A stretch of DNA of 64,000 nucleotides from Actinomycetota bacterium (GTDB lineage: Bacteria; Actinomycetota; UBA4738; HRBIN12). Within the stretch, counting starts at the first letter, position 1; every line of letters begins with the position of its first letter. A program made the position numbers and the translations under genes. The notes under the pieces are model-generated. The model was given only the letters and a program-made list of their open reading frames with translations, was not told the origin of the DNA and did no database searches. The DNA lies in assembly GCA_035701505.1 (NCBI GenBank), contig DASSSA010000133.1:11748-75747 (forward strand), in the 5' to 3' direction. Shown here one piece after another: positions 43,884-53,486 of the stretch.

Positions 43884-43897
43884 GTGAAAGTTTTCAC
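43884..43897. promoter_or_regulatory. AT-rich palindrome GTGAAA-GT-TTTCAC upstream of the atp operon, with a TATACT -10-like hexamer at 43810-43815
   Basis: Read directly. The AT-rich symmetric element stands out in 70%-GC DNA, 84-97 nt upstream of the atpZ ATG. Confidence 0.25.
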
Positions 43898-43944
43898 GAA
43901 GTCCAGGATACCCCGTAGCGCCGGCCATCCGCCGGACGAACCCC

Positions 43945-44793
43945 CTACGCTCGACGGCGCTGCACCACCACGTTGGCGACGGCGGCGAGCAGCCCTGCCC
44001 CGAACAGGAGCGTGCCCATCACGTTCACCTGCGGGGGGAAGCCGATGCGCTGCGCGCCGAACACCCATAGCGGAAACGTCGGCGCCGGGCCGGCGACGAA
44101 GTTCGTGATCACGAAGTCGTCCAGTGACAGGACGAACGCCAACAGGAACCCGGCAAGGATCGCCGGCGCGATCAGCGGGAGCGTCACCTTGAAGAAGGCC
44201 GCGACGGGGCTCGCGAACAAGTCTTGAGCGGCGTCCTCGAGGTTCCGATCCAGGCCCTGCACGCGTGCGCGAACGGTGACGGCGACGAAGGCGATCGAGA
44301 AGCCGATGTGCGACAGGATGATTGTCGTCAGGCCCAGGGGCACCCCCGTCAGGATGAACATCGTCAGGAGCGAGGAGCCGAGCACGATCTCGGGCACAGC
44401 AATCGCCAGGAAGATCACGAAGTCGACGCCCGTCAAGCCGCGGAACCGGTAGCGGCCCAGCGCGAGTCCAAACAGAGTTCCGAGACAGGTCGAGACGGCT
44501 GCGGAGATCGGCGCGATCTTCAGCGAGTTCTTGAAGGCGGAGAACAGGCCCGGCACGTTGAACGCGTTCTTCCACCAATCGAGGGTGAAGCCCCAGAACT
44601 TGGAGTTTTGTCGGTCGAAGGGAACGTCGTTGAACCCGTACAGGATCATCACGAAGATCGGGCTCGCCAAGTACAGGATCATGAGGATCGTGTACGTCGG
44701 CAGGATGAAGCGCGTCCATCGCTTGCGTGGCACGTTCAACGGAGCCGGGCTCGGTTCGACGACCAGCCTCGTCGGCGCGGCCACGGCGCTCAT
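43945..44793 (-). CDS. ABC transporter permease (spermidine/putrescine PotC-type)
   Basis: 282 aa, 6 TM helices and the EAA-like motif region. The track ORF is extended upstream into junk. Confidence 0.85.
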   Translation of the reverse strand: MSAVAAPTRLVVEPSPAPLNVPRKRWTRFILPTYTILMILYLASPIFVMILYGFNDVPFDRQNSKFWGFTLDWWKNAFNVPGLFSAFKNSLKIAPISAAVSTCLGTLFGLALGRYRFRGLTGVDFVIFLAIAVPEIVLGSSLLTMFILTGVPLGLTTIILSHIGFSIAFVAVTVRARVQGLDRNLEDAAQDLFASPVAAFFKVTLPLIAPAILAGFLLAFVLSLDDFVITNFVAGPAPTFPLWVFGAQRIGFPPQVNVMGTLLFGAGLLAAVANVVVQRRRA

Positions 44794-45722
44794 GCGCCGG
44801 CCCCCGCGGCGCGCTGAACGTCCTCCGTCCCGAGGATGCGCGCATAGACGGTGGCCAAGAGCAACATGGCCACCATCAGGATGACCGAGAGGGCCGCGGC
44901 CTCCGGGTAGTCGAGCTCGACGAGGAACTTCTCCTGGATGATGTTGCCGATCATCGTTGTCCCCGGCCCTCCGAGGAGCGACGCGTTCACGTAGTCGCCA
45001 GTTGCCGGCACGAACGTGAGCAGGAACGCCGCGAAGACCCCGGGCAGCGACAGTGGCCAGACGACCCGGCGGAACGCCTGCCATCGACTCGAATACAGGT
45101 CCTTCGCCGCCTCGATGAGCCTCTTGTCGATCCTTTCGAGCGCAACGTAGAGCGGAAGCGCCGTGAACGGGAGGAAGTTGTAGGTGATCCCGGCGATCAC
45201 GGCCAGGGGAGTCGCGAGGACGCGGAAGCCGTCGGGCAGCATCCCGATGCCCTTCAGCGGACCCAGGATCGGACCGTTGTCGCCCAGGATGAACTTCCAT
45301 TGGAGCGTGCGGATCACGAAGGACACGAAGAACGGCATCAGGATGAGCAGCAGGAACGAGGATTTCCATCGACCGCCGTAAAAGGCGATCCAGTACGTCA
45401 TGGGGTACGCCAGCAGGAGCGCGGCGACCGTCACAACGATCGAGTACACGAGCGAGCGAACGAACTGCACCTGGTACTGGCCGAGCACGTCGGCGTAGTT
45501 GTTGAACGCCCACGTGAACCTGAACCCGCCCGAGAGCAGACCGCCGCTCTCCAGCGAGGTGTACAGCATCAGCCCGAGCGGCAGGAGGAAGAATAACAGG
45601 AGGAACAGCCCTCCAGGCGACAGGAGGTAGTAGGGAACCAGCCTTCGGCGCGCCCCGAGGGTGCCCTGAAGGGCGGGAGGCCCCGAATCCTCCTGCTCAA
45701 ACCCTCCGTCGACGCCGCTCAC
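44790..45722 (-). CDS. ABC transporter permease (PotB-type)
   Basis: 6 TM helices with an EAA loop (ERIDKRLIEAAKDLYSSRWQAFRRVVWPLSLPG). GTG start 10 nt after the SBP stop. The start is uncertain. Confidence 0.8.
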   Translation of the reverse strand: MSGVDGGFEQEDSGPPALQGTLGARRRLVPYYLLSPGGLFLLLFFLLPLGLMLYTSLESGGLLSGGFRFTWAFNNYADVLGQYQVQFVRSLVYSIVVTVAALLLAYPMTYWIAFYGGRWKSSFLLLILMPFFVSFVIRTLQWKFILGDNGPILGPLKGIGMLPDGFRVLATPLAVIAGITYNFLPFTALPLYVALERIDKRLIEAAKDLYSSRWQAFRRVVWPLSLPGVFAAFLLTFVPATGDYVNASLLGGPGTTMIGNIIQEKFLVELDYPEAAALSVILMVAMLLLATVYARILGTEDVQRAAGAGA

Positions 45723-45732
45723 TCGATGCGGC

Positions 45733-47031
45733 TCAGCCTTGCGAGATCGGCAAGAAGATGGAATCCCACTCCTCCGCCGACTCATCGGTCCACTCCTCGA
45801 AGCCGAACGACGTCCGGGACAGGAACTCCTCGTCCGGGTACAGGAACGGGCTCTTGGCCGTCGCTTCGAGCTTGTTGGCATATCCCTTGTACCCTTGTTC
45901 GAAATTCTTCCGCGCGTCCTCTTCGATGAGTTCCCGCGTCTCGGGAACGGGCGACATGTAGAGGATCCACTCCGTCAGCATCGTCGCGATATCAGGCTTG
46001 TAGTAGAAGTCCATGATCTGGGCGGCGCCGACGGGGTTCTTGGCCCCGGCCGGAACCAACATGTTGTCGATCCATAGCAACGCCCCACCCTCCGGGAAGA
46101 CGTACTCCACGTCCAGGCCCAGCCACACGTTCGAATACAGGACGTCACCCGACCAGGCCATCGACGCGGTCAGATTCCCCTCCTGTAGATCGGGGAGGTA
46201 GTCGTTTCCGTAGTAGGCCCGCACCGTCCCGGACTCTTGCTGCTGCCGCAGCCAGTCGGCGGCTTCTTTCCACTCGGTCGGTCCGGAGGTCACCGGATCG
46301 ATCCCGAGGTTGATCATGACCCAGTCGGGCATGTCGCCCTCGAGCATCCCGACGCTGCCCGTTCCGACCTTGTCGGGGTTGGCCAGGTCGTCCATCTTCG
46401 TGATGGACCCCTTCACCAGCTTGGTGTTCACACCGATGCCGGTGATGCCTGACTGCCATGCCATCCCGTACTTGTTTCCCGGGTCGTAGAACGGATCCTT
46501 GGCCCAGCTGGCCGCGTGCTGGTCGAAGTTCGGACGAAGCGCTGGGTCGAGCTCGTACACCCAACCGTTCTGCGTCAGCGTGGTGAAGTATCGACCGTTC
46601 GTGATCACGATCAGGTCCCGCCCCGGATCGTCGCCCGCCGCGAGCAACGGTTGGATCTTTCCGAAGAACTCCGCGTTGTCGTTGATTTCGTCCTGGTAGT
46701 TGACCTTGATGCCGGTGCGCTGCTCGAAAACTCGGAGCGAGGGGTGGTAGACGTTCCCGTCCTTGTCCTTGGCCTGATCCATATACGCGGGCCAGTTCGA
46801 GAAGTTCAGCGTGTCGCCTGCCTCTCCCGTGAAGACGTCCGCAGGCGAAGTCGCCCCATTTCCGCCCCCGCCACCCCCTCCGCCGTCCTCCCCGCATGCG
46901 GCGATGAGCGAGGCGAGGCTGAAGCCCGCCACACCGACGCCGGTGTTCCGCAGCAGGCGTCGCCTGGTCAGGCGATGCTCGAGCGCCCGCTGCATGACCA
47001 CGGGATCTACCAACGGCCGGTCGTCGTTCAT
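45733..47031 (-). CDS. ABC transporter substrate-binding lipoprotein (polyamine PotD/PotF-like) with Tat/lipobox signal
   Basis: RRRLLRNTGVGVAGFSLASLIAAC (twin-Arg plus lipobox Cys), Gly-rich linker and an SBP fold. Confidence 0.85.
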   Translation of the reverse strand: MNDDRPLVDPVVMQRALEHRLTRRRLLRNTGVGVAGFSLASLIAACGEDGGGGGGGGNGATSPADVFTGEAGDTLNFSNWPAYMDQAKDKDGNVYHPSLRVFEQRTGIKVNYQDEINDNAEFFGKIQPLLAAGDDPGRDLIVITNGRYFTTLTQNGWVYELDPALRPNFDQHAASWAKDPFYDPGNKYGMAWQSGITGIGVNTKLVKGSITKMDDLANPDKVGTGSVGMLEGDMPDWVMINLGIDPVTSGPTEWKEAADWLRQQQESGTVRAYYGNDYLPDLQEGNLTASMAWSGDVLYSNVWLGLDVEYVFPEGGALLWIDNMLVPAGAKNPVGAAQIMDFYYKPDIATMLTEWILYMSPVPETRELIEEDARKNFEQGYKGYANKLEATAKSPFLYPDEEFLSRTSFGFEEWTDESAEEWDSIFLPISQG

Positions 47032-48158
47032 CACTCGTCCTCCTCCTCCATCGCGATCCCCTCTTGAGGCAGCACCGCGAATGTGTGCTCCCAACGCCAA
47101 GAGAGCCTTACTCGCTCACCCGGAGAGGGTGCACGCTCGGCGCCCAGGTTCTGGACCCAGACGGTCAGCGTCGCTCCGCCCGGGCCCTCCACCTTGTACT
47201 GGTGGCTCACCCCGATGTAGGTGGACATCCGGAGCAGGCCGCTGACGGTGTTCAAGCCGGGGGCGGACGTCCTATCGCTTTCGGGTTCGATCGTGATCTT
47301 CTCCGGCCTGACCCCCACCTTCACCGAGGCCCCGGATCCGAACGGGGCTCGCTCGGAGGGCAGGTTGACGGCGTCCCCCCCGGCTAGCAGGACGGTCGAG
47401 GTCCCGTTCCTTTGTTCCTTGAGCTCTCCATCGAGGAGGTTCGATGCGCCGAGGAAGCTCGCGACGAACTCGGTCTGCGGGTTCTCATAGACGTCTTCAG
47501 GGGGCCCGATCTGTTCGGCCTTGCCGTGCCGCATGACGGCCAGGCGGTTCGACATGGTCATGGCCTCTTCCTGGTCGTGTGTGACGTAGATGAAGGTGAT
47601 GCCGACCTCCTCCTGGATCCGCTTCAGCTCGAGCTGCATCTGCTTGCGCAGCTTGAGGTCCAGGGCCCCCAGGGGCTCGTCGAGGAGGAGCACCTTGGGC
47701 CGGTTGACCAACGCGCGGGCCAAGGCCACCCGCTGCTGCTGGCCCCCGGACATCTGGCCCGGCTTGCGCCGGTCGAAGCCAACCAGGTCCACGAGCCCGA
47801 GCGATTCCCTTACCCGTCGCTCGATCTCGGACTTGTCCACCTTCCTGCGGCGAAGGCCGAAGGCGACGTTCTCGAACACGTTGTAGTGGGGGAACAGGGC
47901 GTAGGACTGGAACACGGTGTTGACGTCGCGCCGGTACGGCGGCAGGTCCGTGACGTCGCGGCCGCCCAGGTAGATCGTTCCTCGGGTGGGGTCATCGAAG
48001 CCACCGATCATTCGAAGCGTCGTGGTCTTCCCGCACCCCGACGGCCCGAGCATGCTGAAGAACTCCCCCTCCTCGATGTCGAGGGAGAGATCGTCCACAG
48101 CGAGTGTTTCACCGAACGTCTTGGTGACGCGTTCGAGGCGAATGTCGACCTCGGGCAT
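47031..48158 (-). CDS. potA: ABC transporter ATP-binding protein (PotA-like, with C-terminal TOBE/MOP domain)
   Basis: Walker [13 protein letters not shown] signature [15 protein letters not shown] and Walker [18 protein letters not shown] 5 nt upstream of the ATG at 48156-48158. Confidence 0.9.
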   Translation of the reverse strand: MPEVDIRLERVTKTFGETLAVDDLSLDIEEGEFFSMLGPSGCGKTTTLRMIGGFDDPTRGTIYLGGRDVTDLPPYRRDVNTVFQSYALFPHYNVFENVAFGLRRRKVDKSEIERRVRESLGLVDLVGFDRRKPGQMSGGQQQRVALARALVNRPKVLLLDEPLGALDLKLRKQMQLELKRIQEEVGITFIYVTHDQEEAMTMSNRLAVMRHGKAEQIGPPEDVYENPQTEFVASFLGASNLLDGELKEQRNGTSTVLLAGGDAVNLPSERAPFGSGASVKVGVRPEKITIEPESDRTSAPGLNTVSGLLRMSTYIGVSHQYKVEGPGGATLTVWVQNLGAERAPSPGERVRLSWRWEHTFAVLPQEGIAMEEEDE

Positions 48159-48254
48159 CCCCCTCCCCTCTCGGAGTCGCCCCGGGCCGCGATTATCCCC
48201 TAGGGCGCCCGCCATTATCACCCCAAGCACCCTCGGCGCGCCCCCCGGGCCGAG

Positions 48255-49231
48255 CTAGGGGCGCTCCGGCCGAGCCGGTCCTCCCGACCGGCGGAGGGCC
48301 ATCCCGGACAGGACCTCGAGCACGACCCGGTGTCCGAGCAGGGCGGTGATCCCCGCGGGGTCGAACGGCGGCGAGACCTCGACCACCTCGATGCCGGCCA
48401 GGGGCACGGTTGAGGCGATCCGCCGCACGGCCGGAGAAGCTCGCGGGCATGGAGGCCGCCGGGCTCGGGCGTTCCGGTCCCCGGAGCGAACGCCGGATCG
48501 CAGACGTCGATGTCCACAGAGAGGAATACGTGCGGCAGGCCCACCACGTGCTGCAAGACCTCGTCCACGACCGGCTCGACGCCACGAGCGTAGATGTCGT
48601 CCATCAGGTACCACCGGAAGCCTTGCGAACGGGCCCATTCGAAATCCGACGGCGGCGGCCAGTAACCGCGCAGGCCGACCTGAACGATGTGCTCGCCGGA
48701 CAGCGATCCCTCCTCGACGAGCAGGCGCAGTGGGGTCCCGTGACTCAGCCGGGGCTCCTCGTACGCGTCGTCGGCGTGCGCGTCGAAGTGGATCAGCCCC
48801 ACGGGCTCCGGGTGCAACCGCTCGGCGACCGCGCCGACGTCGGGATGGGCGATGGAGTGATCGCCCCCCAGGACGATCGGCACGGTCCCGGCGCCGAGGA
48901 TCGCCGCGACCGACTCTCGGATGGCCCGATGGCTGAGTTCGGGGTACCCCGGGACGACCTCGTCGCCGTGGTCAACCACCGTCAGGGTCTCGAAAGGGTC
49001 CACCCCGACGTCCATGTTCTGCCGGGAGGTTCCCCACAGGTAGTCGGCGTTCCTGATGGCCAGGGGCCCCAACCTTGCCCCGGGGCGGTTCGTGACCAGC
49101 TCGTCGGTCGGGGCTCCCAGGATCGCGACGTCGGCCCCGGCCAGCTCCTCGGCCTCCAGGACCAATGGCAGCTGCGCGAACGTTCCTCCCCGGCCGTAGG
49201 GCGGTTCCCCCGGCCGGTGGACCCGGGTCAC
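48255..49231 (-). CDS. speB: Agmatinase / ureohydrolase (arginase family) with an apparent 1-nt frameshift near 48431-48435
   Basis: The N-terminal 266 codons are in one frame (Mn ligands GGDHSIAHP, DAHAD, SVDIDVCDP). The conserved C-terminus (...AVRRIASTVPLAGIEVVEVSPPFDPAGITALLGHRVVLEVLSGMA) continues in another frame. The length 977 nt is not a multiple of 3. GTG start 49229-49231 with AAGGGGG upstream. Confidence 0.7.
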
Positions 49232-49242
49232 GGACCGCCCCC

Positions 49243-50481
49243 TTACCCGCGCCGTTCGGCCTCGGGGGCCTTGGTCCCCCGGACCGTCCGGGTAGCCGCA
49301 TGCCGGCTGGCCCTGCGTGCCGCCCACCCATTCCGCCGTGGCTGGCGTCGGGGGTCACTTCCCCTCGGGGCTCGGTCGCGGATCAACCTTGGCAACACGG
49401 CGGCGGCCGTGACGGCCACGATCACGATCCCGCCGACCACCAGCCGTCCGTTGATGAAGGCCACCGCCAGCGCGCACATCGAGATGAGCGCGCTCCAGAC
49501 GTACATGAGCAGCACGGCCTCGCGGTGGGAATGGCCGATGTCGAGCAGGCGGTGGTGGATGTGCTGTTTGTCGGCGTGGGTGATGCCGAGCCCCTTCCGC
49601 ATGCGCCGGATGATCGCGAGCAATACATCGAGGAACGGGACGGCCAGCACCAGCAGCGGGACGGCGATGGGGATGGCCAGCGCGGCGAAGTCCCCCCGGC
49701 TGGGCCCATCCGCATCGCGGCCCACGCCGGAGATGGTCGCCACCCCCAGCATCAGCCCGAGCAGCATGGCCCCCGAGTCCCCCATGAAGATCTTGGCCGG
49801 ATGGAAGTTCCATGGGAGGAACCCGAGGGCGGAGCCCGCGACGACCGCCGAGATCAACGCTGCGGTCGAGGGGTCCGCTCCGCCCCCCGTCCTGTACATG
49901 TAGACGAAAAACGCGACCGCGGCGATCGCCACCATCCCCGCAGCGAGGCCGTCGAGCCCGTCGATCAGATTCACCGCGTTCATCATGGCCACCAACCACA
50001 ACACCGTGAGCGGCACCGCGAGGTCGGGCGACAGCACGAGGATGCCCTGTCCGGGAAAATAGAAGTACAGGAACTGGACGCCGAACAGCACCAGCAGGCC
50101 CGCTCCAAGGATCTGGCCGGCCAGCTTGCCCAGGACGGAGACCCCTCGCGTGTCGTCTAGCAGGCCCACTCCGAGGATCACCAGTCCCGCCACGATCGCA
50201 GCGTCGGGATCGGACGTCGTCTCGTGCAGGCCGGACAGGAACGGGAGGACGCGAGACAGGCCGAGGCCCACCGCGAGGCCGACGAAGATCGCGATGCCAC
50301 CAGCGGTCGGGGTGGGCTTGGGGTGCACCTTGCGGTCGGACGGGGGATCGATCCAACCGAGCCGAAGGGACAGCCTTCGGATCGCCGGGGTGGTGACGAA
50401 CGTCGCGACGAGGCTGGCCGCGAAGACAACGAGGTAAGGGACCACGTCGCGGTGATGGTACCCCCGCGAGCGGGGGACCAT
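49243..50481 (-). CDS. wecA: UDP-GlcNAc:undecaprenyl-phosphate GlcNAc-1-phosphate transferase (WecA/Rfe, MraY/GT4 family)
   Basis: Polytopic protein with MraY/WecA motifs (NAVNLIDGLDGLAAG, FMGDSGAMLLG). This is the conserved position (rfe) upstream of the atp operon in actinobacteria. Confidence 0.85.
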   Translation of the reverse strand: MVPRSRGYHHRDVVPYLVVFAASLVATFVTTPAIRRLSLRLGWIDPPSDRKVHPKPTPTAGGIAIFVGLAVGLGLSRVLPFLSGLHETTSDPDAAIVAGLVILGVGLLDDTRGVSVLGKLAGQILGAGLLVLFGVQFLYFYFPGQGILVLSPDLAVPLTVLWLVAMMNAVNLIDGLDGLAAGMVAIAAVAFFVYMYRTGGGADPSTAALISAVVAGSALGFLPWNFHPAKIFMGDSGAMLLGLMLGVATISGVGRDADGPSRGDFAALAIPIAVPLLVLAVPFLDVLLAIIRRMRKGLGITHADKQHIHHRLLDIGHSHREAVLLMYVWSALISMCALAVAFINGRLVVGGIVIVAVTAAAVLPRLIRDRAPRGSDPRRQPRRNGWAARRASRHAATRTVRGTKAPEAERRG

Positions 50482-50488
50482 CGCCGCC

Positions 50489-51760
50489 TCAACCGGGGTA
50501 GACCGGGAACCGCGCCACCAGGTCGCTGACGCGGGCCCGGCAGGCCGAGCGGACGCGCTCGTCGTCGGGATGGCGAAGGACCTCGCCGAGGATGCCGGCG
50601 ACCTCCTTCATCTCCGGCTCGTCCATTCCCAGCGTGGCCGGGCCCGGCGTTCCGACCCGAATGCCCGAGGGCTTCGCTGGGGGCGACGGATCGAATGGGA
50701 TCGCGTTCTTGTTCAGGGCGATGCCGATGCCCTCGCTCGCGGATTCCGCTTCCGCGCCGCCGATCGACAACGGACGAAGGTCGGCCAGGACGAGATGGGA
50801 ATCGGTCCCCCCCGAGACGATCCGGATCCCCTCGTCGGCCATACCCCCGGCCAGTGCCCGGGCCGAGCGGACGGTCCGCGCCGCGTAGTCGGCGAACTCC
50901 GGCGTGGTGGCCTCTCGAAGGGCCACCGCTTTGGCGGCGATGAGGTTCTCGAGCGGGCCCCCCTGCATCATGGGGAACACCGCGCGGTCGATGGCCTTCG
51001 CGTGCTCCTCGCGGCACACGATGATCGCCCCCCGGGGGCCACGGAGCGTCTTGTGCGTGGTGAAGGTCACCACGTCGGCATGCGGCACGGGGTTGGGGTA
51101 GGCGCCCCCGGCCACGAGGCCGATGAAGTGCGACGCGTCGACCCAGAACAGGGCTCCCACCTCGTCTGCGATCCGGCGGAACCCGGCGAAGTCGATCACT
51201 CGTGGATAGGCGGTGAACCCGGCCAGGATGATCTTCGGCCGATACTCCAACGCGAGATCCCTGATGCGATCGAGGTCCAGGAGCTCGGTCTGCGGGTCCA
51301 CCTCGTAGGGCACGAAGGTGAACCACATCCCCGAGACGTTGACGGGCGACCCGTGGGTCAGGTGCCCGCCGTGCGACAGCTTCAGGGCCAGGACCTTCTC
51401 GTCCGACAGCGGACGGAGGAACGCGCCGAACACGGCCAGATTCGCTTGCGCCCCCGCGTGGGGCTGGACGTTCACGTGCTCCGCGCCGAACAGGTCCTTC
51501 GTCCGCTCGATGGCCAGCGTCTCGGAGACGTCGACGAACTCGCACCCGCCGTAGTACCGGCGCCCCGGATATCCCTCCGCGTACTTGTTGTTCATCGTGG
51601 ACGCCATGGCCGCCAGCACGGCGGGGCTCGCGTAATTCTCCGAGGCGATCAACCTCAGCGTGGTGCGTTCCCTGTTCAGCTCGTCCGCGATGGCCGCGGC
51701 GACCTCGGGGTCCGTGCGCCGCAGTGCTTCCCACTCGGCCACGAAGCCATCGTGGGTCAC
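50489..51760 (-). CDS. glyA: Serine hydroxymethyltransferase
   Basis: 423 aa. PLP-Lys motif TTHKTLRGPRG. SHMT-like throughout. Confidence 0.95.
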   Translation of the reverse strand: MTHDGFVAEWEALRRTDPEVAAAIADELNRERTTLRLIASENYASPAVLAAMASTMNNKYAEGYPGRRYYGGCEFVDVSETLAIERTKDLFGAEHVNVQPHAGAQANLAVFGAFLRPLSDEKVLALKLSHGGHLTHGSPVNVSGMWFTFVPYEVDPQTELLDLDRIRDLALEYRPKIILAGFTAYPRVIDFAGFRRIADEVGALFWVDASHFIGLVAGGAYPNPVPHADVVTFTTHKTLRGPRGAIIVCREEHAKAIDRAVFPMMQGGPLENLIAAKAVALREATTPEFADYAARTVRSARALAGGMADEGIRIVSGGTDSHLVLADLRPLSIGGAEAESASEGIGIALNKNAIPFDPSPPAKPSGIRVGTPGPATLGMDEPEMKEVAGILGEVLRHPDDERVRSACRARVSDLVARFPVYPG

Positions 51761-52203
51761 AGTTCACCTCGCTCGATCATCGAGATCTCCTCCAGCCGGT
51801 TCACGTGGCGTCCTCCCTCGAACGGAGTGGCCAGCCACAGCTCCATGATCTCCCGGGCCAGCGTGGGGGCGACGATCCGGGCGCCCATCGACAGGACGTT
51901 CGCGTCGTTGTGCTGGCGGGACAGCCGGGCCGTGTACAGGTCGTTGCCCAGCGCCGCCCGGACACCCTGCACTTTGTTCGCCGTCATCTGCTCTCCCTGT
52001 CCCGAACCCCCGAGCACGATCCCGCGCTCGGACCTTCCCTCGGCGACCGCACGGGCCACCTTCACGCAGAACAGTGGGTAATCCACAGGCTCCTCGGAGT
52101 CCGTCCCGAGGTCCGCCACCTCGTGCCCCAACTCCTTCAGCACCTGCTTCAGCTCCTCCTTGAGGGGGAAACCGGCGTGGTCCGAGCCGATGGCGATCCG
52201 CAT
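51757..52203 (-). CDS. rpiB: Ribose-5-phosphate isomerase B
   Basis: MRIAIGSDHAGFPLKEELK... RpiB/LacAB fold. Its stop overlaps the glyA start (ATGA). Confidence 0.9.
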   Translation of the reverse strand: MRIAIGSDHAGFPLKEELKQVLKELGHEVADLGTDSEEPVDYPLFCVKVARAVAEGRSERGIVLGGSGQGEQMTANKVQGVRAALGNDLYTARLSRQHNDANVLSMGARIVAPTLAREIMELWLATPFEGGRHVNRLEEISMIERGEL

Positions 52204-52207
52204 GGGT

Positions 52208-52801
52208 TCAGCCCACCCGCCTCGATGCGACGGAGAGGCCGCCGTACAGACCGTTCGCCAGCCGCTCGCACAGATCCTCCAACTCGGCGGCCACCGCTCG
52301 GTACCCCTGGATGGAGAGCCCCAATGGATCGATGACGTCGTCTTCTTCCCGGATGGCCGGCGATCCCGCGCGACGCCGGTGGGCATCGGCCACCGCGCCC
52401 GCAAGGCCCGCGTCCGGAGGAGTGGTGTCCACCGGGCGTCGGCCGGTCGCCTCGACGAGGCGAACCAGCTCCTTCAACGTGAACGTCCTAGTCTCCGCCT
52501 CCGGGACGAGCGCCTGAACGTCCTCGCGATGCTCCGCACCCATCCCGACGATCACGACGGCATCGCGGATGTCCTCGGGGCGGAGACGGCGCGCCGAGTG
52601 ACCCGAGACGTCCACCCCGAGCTCCGCGGCCGCCTCCACCGCCTCGGGCATGGCGGGTGCGCCGTCGCGAGCGATCGTGCCCGCGGAACCGATAGACGGC
52701 GTGCGGTCAGCGAGGCGGCGTTCGAGGGCCGAGCGCAGCAGTGCCTCTGCCATCGGGGAGCGGCAGATGTTGCCGGTGCATACCAGGAGGACCTGAGGCA
52801 T
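52208..52801 (-). CDS. Low-molecular-weight protein tyrosine/arginine phosphatase
   Basis: P-loop VCTGNICRSPMAE and a downstream DP(Y) region. Start is MPQVLLVCTGN (alternatively MLDSRL, 24 nt upstream). Confidence 0.8.
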   Translation of the reverse strand: MPQVLLVCTGNICRSPMAEALLRSALERRLADRTPSIGSAGTIARDGAPAMPEAVEAAAELGVDVSGHSARRLRPEDIRDAVVIVGMGAEHREDVQALVPEAETRTFTLKELVRLVEATGRRPVDTTPPDAGLAGAVADAHRRRAGSPAIREEDDVIDPLGLSIQGYRAVAAELEDLCERLANGLYGGLSVASRRVG

Positions 52802-52862
52802 GGGATCGAGCCGGGAGTCTAGCATCGGCCCTCGGCCCGACCGCGGGCCGATGCCACGCGCC

Positions 52863-53483
52863 TCAGGACTCGAGCGCCTCGAGGAGGTCGGCCTCACCGA
52901 GCGAGCCGGTCCGAAGAACGCGGAGCCGCCCGTCGGTGGCGTCCACCACGGTCGAGGGGTTCCCCACGAGCGGCTCGTCCTGGCACAGGTACACGGCCAC
53001 GCGCGCGCCGAAGGCGCGCGCGAGGCCGTCGCACTCTCGGGGGGTCGGGTGGCCGCTCCGGTTGGCGCTCGTGACCGCGAGCGGACCGGTGATCGCCAGC
53101 ACCGCGAGCGCGAGCGGGTGATGCGGGACCCGAAGCCCGATGGTTCGCGTTTCGCTGCCAAGGTCCCAGGGGCGGCTGGCCTCGGTCCGGGGAAGGACCA
53201 GGGTCAACGGACCGGGCCAGAATCTCGCCGCGAGCGCGGCGGCCCGCTCGTCGAACGCCGCGATCTCTCGAGCCGCGGCCGACGAGGGCACGAGCACGGC
53301 GATCGCCAGGTCACGCGGGCGGCCCTTGGCGTCGAACAACGTTCCGGTTGCCGCCGGATCGTCGGCCCTGGTCCCGATCCCGTACACCGTGTCCGTGGGG
53401 ATGACGATGAGCCGCCCGTTCAGCGCGGCGGCGGCGGCGTCACCGATGGGGTCGCTCACCGCATGTCCCCGCAACGCCGGCAT
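52863..53483 (-). CDS. tsaC: L-threonylcarbamoyladenylate synthase (YrdC/Sua5 family)
   Basis: 206 aa. YrdC motifs VIPTDTVYGIG and SANRSG. Confidence 0.85.
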   Translation of the reverse strand: MPALRGHAVSDPIGDAAAAALNGRLIVIPTDTVYGIGTRADDPAATGTLFDAKGRPRDLAIAVLVPSSAAAREIAAFDERAAALAARFWPGPLTLVLPRTEASRPWDLGSETRTIGLRVPHHPLALAVLAITGPLAVTSANRSGHPTPRECDGLARAFGARVAVYLCQDEPLVGNPSTVVDATDGRLRVLRTGSLGEADLLEALES

Positions 53484-53486
53484 CGG

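Noticed and set aside
43583-44845. N-terminal roughly 420 codons of the 559-aa minus-strand track ORF
   Set aside because: Runs out-of-frame through potC and atpZ with a junk translation. Only the last 138 codons are kept, as an AtpI-like gene.
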